In this document: positions 9,924-18,644 of the stretch, piece after piece | How positions within the stretch are numbered: the stretch's first letter is position 1 | How the letters are laid out: every line of letters starts with the position of its first letter | NCBI GenBank assembly: GCA_037310415.1 | Contig: CP147780.1 | Span: 928,001-992,000, forward strand | Length of the DNA: 64,000 nt | Source: Candidatus Atabeyarchaeum deiterrae | Lineage (GTDB): Archaea > Asgardarchaeota > Atabeyarchaeia > Atabeyarchaeales > Atabeyarchaeaceae | Direction: 5' to 3' | Position numbers and translations under genes: made by a program | The notes under the pieces: model-generated | Database searches by the model: none | What the model was told of the DNA's origin: nothing | Seen by the model: the letters and a program-made list of their open reading frames with translations, nothing else

Positions 9924-10810
9924 TCACATTTGAGCACTCTTCAGAGCGTCCTTGCATTCACACTTTCTTTCCTTTGGAACCTTCGGTATCACGCTGAAAA
10001 GCAGCTTGTTGACGTCCTCAATGTTTTGCTTCATAGACTTCACGACCTGTTCCGCCGTCACTGGTTTCAAACCATAGACATCAGTATCAGTAGGCATCGC
10101 TATGTTGGCAAAGCATATCTCTGCTTCTCTGGCAAGAGCACATTCAGGATAGGCCGTCAGTGCGGGGCAAATCGGTTCTTCACCTAATTCCTTGCCTTTC
10201 CGACAACATCCCATCCTTGTCTCTTGTAGAAGAGGGACTCTGCTCTGGTTGAGAATCTTGGTCCTTCGATGCAAACGTACTCAAACGAGTCATGATCTCT
10301 GGAGTTCTCTTTGGCGTGAATCTTCATGCCCAGTTTGGTAGCCGTATCCATTATCGTCTTTCTAAGCTCACTGCAAAACGGCTCAGCGAATGCGATGTGT
10401 CCTACAATGCCTCCGTCGAAGAAGGTTTGGTTCATTCGTGGCGCTGCAGTGAAGGTGACTATCTGGTCGCATGCTACGAATTCGCCGGGTTTGATTCTGT
10501 CAGGCTGTAAGCTTCCCACCGCGGCAGGGCTAATTATTCGCGTGACGCCAAGCGCCTTCATGGCCCAGATGTTGGCCCTGAAGTTAATTTTATGCGGAGG
10601 TATTCTATGTCCTCTTTGATGCCTGACTAGGAAGGCTACTTTCCTATCACCAATGTAGCCGACAAAAACATTATCGCTGGTCGCTCCATAAGGTGTGTAC
10701 ACTTTGAGTTCCTTTGCTTCCTTCATTATCTTGGGGTCGTAGCTGCCTGAACCCGCGAAAATGCCAATCTCTGCGTTTTCATGTGGGTCTATTAAACCAA
10801 TCATGCACAT
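9924..10810 (-). CDS. mtnP: S-methyl-5'-thioadenosine phosphorylase, interrupted by a 38-nt insertion (predicted exons 10810-10198 and 10159-9924; 282 aa if spliced)
   Basis: GIFAGSG, TPYG, RH..GH.IPPH.INFRANIWA, AVGSL and EGPRFSTRAES in one frame; TAYPECALAREAEICFA..TD.D in another; removing 10160-10197 restores VVGMTAYPE. Confidence 0.9.
10160..10197 (-). other. putative BHB/BHL-type (tRNA-like) mRNA intron, 38 nt
   Basis: Sense strand UCGG-AA^A-GGCAA...UUGCC-CCGC-AC^U-GACG: inner GGCAA/UUGCC stem, central helix with 3 of 4 pairs; excision rebuilds the ATG of GMT. Confidence 0.75.
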
Positions 10811-11203
10811 CTCTCTCCATTTCGCATTAGAGGTATACTCGTGGATTGTTTCAATCGAGTATAATTGCTTGTGAATGTGGAATACACCGCATATTTATCG
10901 CTATCGCTACAAAGGAAACCTCCTCTGAGGCTTGAAACAGATAGAAGAATCAGAAAGCAAACAGTCGGGTGGTTTCTCACCCAGGAAACGTCGCTGACCG
11001 CCCGCAGAACACACTGCAGATAGTTCTCGCAAGTAACCTATCAAACCTGAGGAGTTTAGCACGCTACAATGTTGTTCGAGTTTTGCTGATGGTTGTCGTC
11101 TCTACTGGTTTCCTTGTTTGGTAGTTATGTTTCCAAGTTGATTATTCGCAGTGTTATCGGTGATTTGTCTGCTCTCCATGGAATGTTAATCATTTCCCCC
11201 TCT

Positions 11204-11509
11204 TTATAGGTCCCCCTTAATGCCTAAGAGCTCTTCATCCAACTCTTCTTCGATTTCTCTGTCTTCTTCTGTGAGTAGCATGTAGCTGCGTTCTCCGCGT
11301 ATGTCATCTACGTAGGGGTAACACACTTGTATTTCCTCCTTGTCTTCTGCAAGTGAGATCGCGTGGTTTGCTTCTTGTGGTGTCATGTCTTCCTCAATTA
11401 GTAGTTCCACCATTTTGTCTGCTTTGCAGAATTTTTTTTTCGCTTTAGCAAATACTCGTTTTACCGCCGACAAAAGTTGTTCTTCGTTAATGGTTGTCAT
11501 CGTCCTCAA
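11204..11509 (-). CDS. small acidic hypothetical protein (possible wHTH)
   Basis: 101-aa ORF overlapping the end of the LAGLIDADG gene, in operon-like arrangement. Confidence 0.6.
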   Translation of the reverse strand: MRTMTTINEEQLLSAVKRVFAKAKKKFCKADKMVELLIEEDMTPQEANHAISLAEDKEEIQVCYPYVDDIRGERSYMLLTEEDREIEEELDEELLGIKGDL

Positions 11510-13214
11510 TTCTTAGCGCCCTCCTGAGTGTTTCCTGTTTCCTATTCTGTGGAAACCCTATTTCCTCGTAGAATATCCTGCTGCCCTCTCTGGAAGTTGT
11601 GCGCATTCTCCATGTGACGCCATAGCCGCCGTCTTCTCGCTTATATATTGTAGTTGGGGACTTATTGGTTTTTATGCCGAAGTCGTCATGGAGTATTCTT
11701 GCTTCTGACTCTAAGAGCCGTGGACACTCAGACTCCAATACCTCTCGGATGTCCTTAGGTAAGGCATGAAACCTAGAATACTTGTTCTGTACTCTCCACC
11801 CATCTGGGAATAATTGTCTCTTCCATTTTTCGCTCAATACATCGAGCCGGTTTCTTTGCTCGTCTGATAGTCTATGAGTAGCATCTACGCCTCTCGACAA
11901 CGTTAGCAACCCCCTTCGAGTATAAGTTGTTCCTTCGTCACCGAAGGCTTGTTTTAGCCACTCTCGTTTCATTTCCTTTGATCCTTGCAAGATGAAGGTA
12001 GGTATGTCTGGGTTTTGTGTAACGACTTCGCCAGCTATTGCCCCTGATCTCCGCAGTGCGCATCCAATGACTTCCGTTGTTGCGCGCACTGTCGCAGCCC
12101 TGCCATCATCGTATTCTCTAATAAGTATATTTGGTCTGCCGAATACGTTTGTTAGTGATGCTATGACCCTAGTTCTTTGTTCTGCATCATTGTTTGTGTA
12201 GACGAATCTTGGTCCTCTGCCTTGAGTTGCGGAGAGCGATCCATCTGAGAATCTTGCCGCGTGGAGTCTCACTCCGTCGATGCCCGCCAGTCTAAAGCGG
12301 AGGTTCGGATTCTCAACCGCTCTTAGGTGTCCTATTGCTCTAATGTGGCAGTTGGGCTCGTTGAGATTTCTGTCGAGGTATGTTAGGATAGGAATCAGTT
12401 TATCAACTCTCACACCGTCCAGTCGGTCATGTAGTTGCTGCCATAAATATATGTTCCTAGTGTGTGTTCCTCTCTTTTCTAACTCCTGTCGGAGCGCGGT
12501 TTTCCCTCCTGCTTTTTCTATTGCAGCCTCAAGTAATTCATGTCTATATTGTCTGTCGAGATATATGTCGGTGGTTGGTGGTAGTGCAAACCACGGTGTT
12601 TCGTAGGGTGGGATTGTTGTGTTTTCTCTTGGTATGTGGAGGAATTCTTCTCCTTGTCTTGTTTTGTATCTGTAGAGTTCTAAGTCTCCTATTTTTTCTT
12701 GCTCTACTATTGTGATCTTGTAGTTCTTGTTCTCATGGATTATTGTGAGCCCTTCACTTACATCGAACTTCAATGTTGTTTTATCGTCTAACTTTGCTTC
12801 ATCTTTCTCAGGGATTACTCCTTGTTTTACGGATTGTTCTCGGTTGCCGTTGATGAACGCTAGTGGATCTTCACTCAATCTCCTAGGGTGGTGTTCTCCT
12901 ATTGCTTCTCTTTTCCTATCTGCGTCTTCTTCGTTTTCTTGCTTCAGTCTGTCAGCATCGGCGCTGGGATTCTCTGATTCAGTATTAGTCGACTGGTTTC
13001 TTTTCTCTGCGCCTACTCTATGTTCTTCCATCTCGCCTACCTTGATTGTTTCATTGCTCTCAACAGGAGTATTCATTGACCTCTCATATTCTTCCAAGCA
13101 CCATTCCAAGAAGTAGTCGTCTTCGCCATCTTCTTCGCGTGAGTTTTCTGCTTTTTCCCGTAGCTTTTCTCCACTCTCAACAGGCAACCTCTCAACCTCC
13201 AACAGCCTTGTCAT
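11487..13214 (-). CDS. stand-alone double-motif LAGLIDADG endonuclease-like protein with long acidic N-terminus
   Basis: LHAARFSDGSL...YTNND, IPTFILQGS..MKREWLKQAFGDEGT and FYEEIGFPQNRKQETL resemble intein-type DOD endonuclease blocks; no Hint splicing motifs seen. Confidence 0.75.
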   Translation of the reverse strand: MTRLLEVERLPVESGEKLREKAENSREEDGEDDYFLEWCLEEYERSMNTPVESNETIKVGEMEEHRVGAEKRNQSTNTESENPSADADRLKQENEEDADRKREAIGEHHPRRLSEDPLAFINGNREQSVKQGVIPEKDEAKLDDKTTLKFDVSEGLTIIHENKNYKITIVEQEKIGDLELYRYKTRQGEEFLHIPRENTTIPPYETPWFALPPTTDIYLDRQYRHELLEAAIEKAGGKTALRQELEKRGTHTRNIYLWQQLHDRLDGVRVDKLIPILTYLDRNLNEPNCHIRAIGHLRAVENPNLRFRLAGIDGVRLHAARFSDGSLSATQGRGPRFVYTNNDAEQRTRVIASLTNVFGRPNILIREYDDGRAATVRATTEVIGCALRRSGAIAGEVVTQNPDIPTFILQGSKEMKREWLKQAFGDEGTTYTRRGLLTLSRGVDATHRLSDEQRNRLDVLSEKWKRQLFPDGWRVQNKYSRFHALPKDIREVLESECPRLLESEARILHDDFGIKTNKSPTTIYKREDGGYGVTWRMRTTSREGSRIFYEEIGFPQNRKQETLRRALRIEDDDNH

Positions 13215-13273
13215 TGCCGTCAGTGTGCCTCGGTAGGTAGTTTGGCGTGTGCAGCTTGGCTGGCCGATTGTCT

Positions 13274-13707
13274 TTATGCTAGTTCTCTTTCAACGATGCT
13301 GACGAGCTCTATACGTGCCAGTGGATTCGCTCCCTCGTTGTACTTATTGGTGGATTTCTTGAAGATCTTCAATGCCAGCGTCGCCATCCTATCTGGTTCC
13401 CCTGTGTATCTTGCTGCCTCGACCACGAGAATATACACTAATCGCTCAACGTTCCCTGCTTTATAAGCCTTAGAAACGGCTTCGCAGTAGTGCTCTGAAC
13501 TCTCTTAAGTCAACGATTGATTCGGCCAATTTGTCCTCATCGATTATTGAGAGAATTGCTGGCGACACCGTATTCATTGCCATGCTTGTTGCTACTGCTT
13601 GCGTTCTGAGGTATTCTGGGTGGATGTCGTAGAAAGCTGTTTACATGTAGTTTCTCAGTTCTCGGTCTGTGATGAACTTGGTTGGGTTGATCTCATACCG
13701 TATTACA
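13274..13707 (-). pseudogene. degraded hypothetical gene (in-frame stop plus frameshift)
   Basis: Reads VIRYEINPTKFITDRELRNYM*TAFYDIHPEY...AESIVDL, then shifts frame near 13505 to ..HYCEAVSKAYKAGNVERLVY...VERELA*; GGGGAGGT SD-like site upstream. Confidence 0.55.
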
Positions 13708-13721
13708 CGCGTGACCTCCCC

Positions 13722-13920
13722 TTAGAAAGGGTGGCTCACACCTGGGATCTTGATGATCGGTTTATCCACTAAGCTAGTATAGTGCCCACTTCTGCTCCTC
13801 GTTCAAACCGAGCATCCTCGCAACTTTCTCCGCATCCTCATCATCTGCAAGCTGGTGGACAATCTTGGTCGACGTATTCTGCGTAACCTCAGTTGGAAGG
13901 TTCACTGCAGATTGGTATCG
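13722..13920 (-). pseudogene. C-terminal remnant of a HerA/VirB4/FtsK-like ATPase
   Basis: YQSAVNLPTEVTQNTSTKIVHQLADDEDAEKVARMLGLNEEQKWALY*, then IIKIPGVSHPF in a shifted frame; resembles the Q-sensor/N..T.I.H.L...D segment of HerA-like ATPases. Confidence 0.6.
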
Positions 13921-13955
13921 AAAAACAGGCGGCTATTTCGTCTATGTTCTTGCAT

Positions 13956-14537
13956 TCAGCTCTTCTGAGTGGTCCTGCGAATTGTGCTTGCAAGCAATCC
14001 TGCTAATCTAAGAGGCTCAGGAACGCCACCTTGAAGCGTGAAGTCATCAAGCAGTTTCACGGCTTCCTCATACTCAAGTCCGACCTCCCGAAGAAAGATG
14101 CTATAGCCTGTGTGGAGCGTAACTTCCCTTCTTCCACAATTCTTATTGAATATGTCTAGTCTGGTGTCCCAATCGTCTGGAAAGTACTCTTTGAAATACT
14201 TCTCCAAACCCTCTGATTCCTCGTAGGTTACACAGACTAGAGGTAAGTTCAACTCTTGGTGAACCAGAGTCAAATCTATAACGTTAAACCATGCGATTAT
14301 ACATCCGCTGAGCATCATCAAATTGATATCATTTCTTCCAAGAGACTTGAACAAACGAATCACGCCGTTAGTGGCATCTGTGCCGCCCACAGTTATTTCC
14401 GTTAGCGCAAAACCATCAATAATCAAATCCTTCCTCATGACGACGCCTGCGAGAACGGATGGTCCTGCCTCTCCTTTAGAGAAACTCTCAGCGATTCCCA
14501 AAACTCGGAGACCCTTCTTAGACAGATGGAGACGCAA
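13956..14537 (-). CDS. DUF99 / UPF0215 endonuclease V-like protein
   Basis: RVLGIAESF, GTDAT, GCIIAWFNVID, VPEPLRLA. Confidence 0.88.
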   Translation of the reverse strand: MRLHLSKKGLRVLGIAESFSKGEAGPSVLAGVVMRKDLIIDGFALTEITVGGTDATNGVIRLFKSLGRNDINLMMLSGCIIAWFNVIDLTLVHQELNLPLVCVTYEESEGLEKYFKEYFPDDWDTRLDIFNKNCGRREVTLHTGYSIFLREVGLEYEEAVKLLDDFTLQGGVPEPLRLAGLLASTIRRTTQKS

Positions 14538-14752
14538 CGAGCCTCACCACAAGGTTACGGTCACCCACGGATAATCTGATCCCTCATTACACCAAACTAC
14601 ATTGCAAGTAGATATATCCATTCGTTACGTCAATGCGAAACTAACCGCTCGGCATTCAAATACCTGTAACTTGGCTACAATAAGCATACATTTATATTTT
14701 GATAACTCTATCTTAGAGTTAATAGGGAAAGTGGGCGGAAGGCGGTCTTGGG

Positions 14753-15316
14753 TTGCCAGTCGTCAACGTTAGTGAAAGCAAAGTAAACAAATTGAAGGGT
14801 CTTCTCCAGAATCTCACTCAGCTCGGGATAAGTTTCTACATAGTAGGAACCAGGGAAGGACTTAGCGTCTTGACCGATTCTGGTGTTACAATGCCTGACC
14901 CAGATGTGCTCTCAGCCGCTACAGCAACTCTGGTATCAACTGCAGATTTCCTGAGTGAGAAGTACAAAGAAGGCATAACAAAGGAGATAGTGGTAACCGT
15001 CGAAGGTGGCTATATTCTTGTATTCAGGGTTGGGAGTAGCTACCACTTTGCGGCGATCACAAAGAACGTTACCAATCTCGAGTACTACCTAGACATACTG
15101 AGAAGATACGCGAAATCCATTGAAGAAGTTCTTGTATCTGGTGAAGAGCAGGTCGTTGAAGCGGAGGAAATTCTGAGGAAGGAACTCGAGTTGATCAAGT
15201 TCTCTCCCGAAGGTCTTGGAGAGGCCGGAATAGCAGAAGAAGGCCAGACGCGGCAATCAACTAACGAGCCCCGCAAGAGCAAAGCTGCCTCGCCAAAGAA
15301 GAGGAAATCTGGTTAG
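14753..15316 (+). CDS. Roadblock/LC7 (MglB-like) domain protein with charged C-terminal tail
   Basis: VGTREGL..., DVLSAATATLVS, EIVVTVEGGYILV pattern. Confidence 0.7.
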   Translation: MPVVNVSESKVNKLKGLLQNLTQLGISFYIVGTREGLSVLTDSGVTMPDPDVLSAATATLVSTADFLSEKYKEGITKEIVVTVEGGYILVFRVGSSYHFAAITKNVTNLEYYLDILRRYAKSIEEVLVSGEEQVVEAEEILRKELELIKFSPEGLGEAGIAEEGQTRQSTNEPRKSKAASPKKRKSG

Positions 15317-15666
15317 CCTGCGAAGGAGCATAGGACTGGTCCTCTTAGGTCCTGATATGAGTTCCTTCGAAAGAATTCATTGTGATTTGACTTGCCTTTT
15401 TTGGATCTCTTTCTTTCTACGAGTCTCCACATTACGATTTGTTGAACGGCTTGCGTAGCAAGGGTCCATCAATAAGGGAATCAGATCACAAGAGAAGGTA
15501 AGACTCCGTAATACTTGGATGTTCTTTGCATATTACGCAACATGGACACCCAAGTTATGTGCGACAATCGCAACCAGATAGAAATGTTATTAGATTCAAC
15601 TTCCCTACGGTATGCTCGGTTATTTACGTATATCTAAGAATACTTCTTTCGGAGAGTGAAACACCG

Positions 15667-17370
15667 TTGGATGCTGCGCACCCAGAGCTAATCACTGAAT
15701 TGAGCCCCTCTGAGTGGTTCATGAGGAATAGAAACATTGCAGGCTTTGACAATGCATCTCGGGCTCTTTATACGGCTGTGAGAGAACTGGTTGAGAACGG
15801 ACTCGATGCTTGCGAAGCGTCCAGAACTCTGCCAGAGATAATAGTTACCTTGAGAAGAGAGCATGAGGACAAGAAAGAACCCACAGTATACCTGTTGCGC
15901 GTTGAGGATCACGGGATTGGTGTCCCTCCAGAGGACATACCCACATTATTCGGAAAGGTGCTGACAGGCACCAAGATGTCGCTCAAGCAGCACAGAGGAC
16001 ACTTTGGACTTGGAGGAAAGATGGCATTTCTGTATGGTCAGGTCACTACACAATCACCCATAAAAGTCATTTCATGCCGTGTGAGCTCACGTAAGTGTGC
16101 CATTTTCAGTCTAAAATCAGATATCCAGAAAAATGAACCCATAATACTCGAGAGAAAAGTAATTCCTGTTTCAAAATTCCTTGCAACTCAGAAAACGACA
16201 CCACCTGTCACAGACAAAAAAGGCAAAGAAAGCAAGTCTCCCAAGAAATCAGCAAAGAAAGAACCTTCTTGGCATGGCACAATAACGGAGTTCTCTCTAA
16301 TGGGGGACTGGCAAAGGAGCAAATCAAAGATCTTGGAGTACTTCAAGAGAACAGCGATCATAGTGCCGTACGCCAACCTGACGTTCGAAACTCCCGAAGG
16401 CGAGGTCTACAAATATGAGCGTGCAACGAAACTTCTACCAGAGCAACCCGAAGAGATACTCCCACACCCTCATGGAGTCGATACAGAGACACTTTCACGG
16501 ATGATCAAAATCTCTAAGGCCACTACACTAAAAGAATTCCTTACGGATAGTTTTCACAGGGTCGGTGAGAAAACTGCTGAAGACTATCTCAATTTTGCAG
16601 AGCTACCCGGCAAGAAGAACCCTAAGAAGTTAAGCCGGGAAGAAATGGTCAAACTGATGGAGACCATGGAGAAATACGACAAGTTTCTGCCTCCAGACCC
16701 GAAGTGTCTCAGCCCGATCGGAGTGGAGATACTTGAGACAGGGATTAAGAAGGAACTGTCTCCCGTCTATGTAACTGCAATAACTAGATCTCCATCAGTC
16801 TACAGCGGTCATGCATTCGTTGTTGAAGTCGGATTGGCTTACGGCGGGCAGATCCCTCCAGGTCTGAATCTATACAGATTTTCAAACCGCATCCCTCTTC
16901 TGTATGATGAGGGTAGTGACGTTACCTCAAAGGTCGTTAGAGAACTTGACTGGAGAAGGTATCACATCTCACAAGAAATACCAGTAGCTATTTTCATACA
17001 TCTAGCGTCAACTAAGATCCCCTACAAGACAGTCGGAAAGGAATTCATCGCCGAAGTTGACGAAATCAAGCGAGAAATCGATCTCGGATTGAAAGAGTGC
17101 GCAAGAAGACTGTCCATATGGCTCAGCAAAAAGGAGCACACAGAATATGCCGCAAAGAGAATGACACTTCTAAAGGACTTCTATACATTCATCGCTTCGA
17201 CACTTGAGAGATCGATCGCCCGGAGGGTCGACATCGGCAAACTGTTCAACAACGGAAAGGCAAATGGAGCTGATTCGGCGAACTCACGTATGGAGGGAGA
17301 CCAACCTATTGTCGACGGCAAATCCGTCTTCGAAAAAGCTGCAGCCGCAAGTGAAAAAGGAAAGGCGTAA
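15667..17370 (+). CDS. top6B: DNA topoisomerase VI subunit B
   Basis: RELVENGLDA, EDHGIG, GHFGLG, PHPHGVD, RFSNRIPLLYD, STKIPYKTVGKE; TTG start at 15667 after a purine-rich SD-like site. Confidence 0.93.
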   Translation: MDAAHPELITELSPSEWFMRNRNIAGFDNASRALYTAVRELVENGLDACEASRTLPEIIVTLRREHEDKKEPTVYLLRVEDHGIGVPPEDIPTLFGKVLTGTKMSLKQHRGHFGLGGKMAFLYGQVTTQSPIKVISCRVSSRKCAIFSLKSDIQKNEPIILERKVIPVSKFLATQKTTPPVTDKKGKESKSPKKSAKKEPSWHGTITEFSLMGDWQRSKSKILEYFKRTAIIVPYANLTFETPEGEVYKYERATKLLPEQPEEILPHPHGVDTETLSRMIKISKATTLKEFLTDSFHRVGEKTAEDYLNFAELPGKKNPKKLSREEMVKLMETMEKYDKFLPPDPKCLSPIGVEILETGIKKELSPVYVTAITRSPSVYSGHAFVVEVGLAYGGQIPPGLNLYRFSNRIPLLYDEGSDVTSKVVRELDWRRYHISQEIPVAIFIHLASTKIPYKTVGKEFIAEVDEIKREIDLGLKECARRLSIWLSKKEHTEYAAKRMTLLKDFYTFIASTLERSIARRVDIGKLFNNGKANGADSANSRMEGDQPIVDGKSVFEKAAAASEKGKA

Positions 17371-18517
17371 GACCAAACAGGGATCAGTTTCGACTTTCGA
17401 CAGGTCAACTGTCGTCTCACTGATCAAAGATTCCCTAACACAGGTCGCAGACCAAATTGACAAAGGAATCTTTCCCGCCATAGACTATTACGGTGCCTCA
17501 AAGAAAAATGTCCAATACAAGAAGGACAAAGGCTACGTTTCTATTGACAATAACGCATCAATGATCGATGGCAGCCATGTCGCAAGTGCAAAAATACTGA
17601 CTATGATAGCCTATGGACTGGCGCGATTCAAGGAACACATGGAGAACAACATGTCCATGAGCCTGAGAGATTTCTACTACTTGTTCAAAGTGAAGGAAAT
17701 ACTCGATCTACTTAAGATAGAAGATCAAAACGAAACAGACTCAATAATCAACTTGTCTGAGCGGATCGTCAGACTTCAAGGAAGATCTGTTCCAAGGGAG
17801 GAGTTCGGCGTCGTATCATCTCCGAAAGGAACCTTTTTCGGTGACATAGTTATTATTGACTCAAGTGGGAAACGGGTTAGGTGCTCCGAAGTCGGAGAGT
17901 GGGGCTACTTCGTAAGTAGCCGCCCCTTTGATGTAGTGATAGATGAGATCAACATAAAGGCCGCGGTATTCGCTGAGAAAGAGGCATTCGCGCGGACCCT
18001 AATTGAACTTGGGATACCGGAACAGCTCAAGGTAGGAGTTGGCGCCTTGTTTGGGCAGCCAGGGAGGAACATGCGAGGATGGATAAGACGTTTGGCAGAC
18101 GAAAAGGTTCCAATTCTCGTTCTCACTGACCTATCGCCATGGAGCATTCGAATCTTCTCTACGATAAGAAACAATAGCATAGAACTCTCCAATATCAATG
18201 GGTTGGCAACACCAGAAGCCAAAATGATAGGATTGCATACATCAGATTTCTTTTCCCCAGGTGGGCAACTAAAAGGTATAACCCATGCACTTGAAGACTT
18301 GGATGAACAGGATCTCAAATGTGCAATTCAGAATCGACAAGTGCCGGCAATAGGGCAAGATGAGTTGCTTCGAGAAGAGAACGAAACGATCATAGAGACG
18401 AAAAAGAAGGGTGAACTCGAGTCTTTCAAAGCGTTCGGCGTAGCATTGAAAGCCCTTAAGAAGAAATACGTGGATTACATGACTCAGAAGATTCAGGGCG
18501 CTGGCGTCAGACTGTAA
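17351..18517 (+). CDS. top6A: DNA topoisomerase VI subunit A (Spo11 family), divergent
   Basis: LRDFYY catalytic Tyr, DQNETD, FAEKEA, GQP and K.ELE motifs; follows top6B; DxD replaced by DLS. Confidence 0.85.
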   Translation: MKKERRKTKQGSVSTFDRSTVVSLIKDSLTQVADQIDKGIFPAIDYYGASKKNVQYKKDKGYVSIDNNASMIDGSHVASAKILTMIAYGLARFKEHMENNMSMSLRDFYYLFKVKEILDLLKIEDQNETDSIINLSERIVRLQGRSVPREEFGVVSSPKGTFFGDIVIIDSSGKRVRCSEVGEWGYFVSSRPFDVVIDEINIKAAVFAEKEAFARTLIELGIPEQLKVGVGALFGQPGRNMRGWIRRLADEKVPILVLTDLSPWSIRIFSTIRNNSIELSNINGLATPEAKMIGLHTSDFFSPGGQLKGITHALEDLDEQDLKCAIQNRQVPAIGQDELLREENETIIETKKKGELESFKAFGVALKALKKKYVDYMTQKIQGAGVRL

Positions 18518-18644
18518 TTCTGCTTCATGTCTCCTGGCTGCGTTCAACGATTCACTCACAATTGCCTTATGAGTTGATGAGCACACACATCTTTCGCAGA
18601 GGAAAACAAGATTAACTTGGACCGGAAAGACGAGGTTCTGGTTT

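Noticed and set aside
10280-10320. In-frame insertion AKENSRDHDSFE in MTAP as another intron
   Set aside because: No convincing 4-bp helix or bulge geometry and the frame is preserved; likely a loop
9924-10810. mtnP as a simple frameshift pseudogene or programmed ribosomal frameshift
   Set aside because: A frameshift would leave ~13 extra residues and lose the Met of GMT. Both halves are otherwise intact, and the precise structured 38-nt insert explains the break better.
10959-13939. AAACAGtCGG / AAACAGgCGG as att-like repeats flanking the island
   Set aside because: Too short and degenerate; no integrase or tRNA nearby
15526-15666. Long N-terminal extensions in the ORF track (top6B; likewise top6A, AMP phosphorylase, APC, nnr, nrdD)
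   Set aside because: They overlap promoters or neighbouring genes; downstream starts with SD-like sites match family lengths
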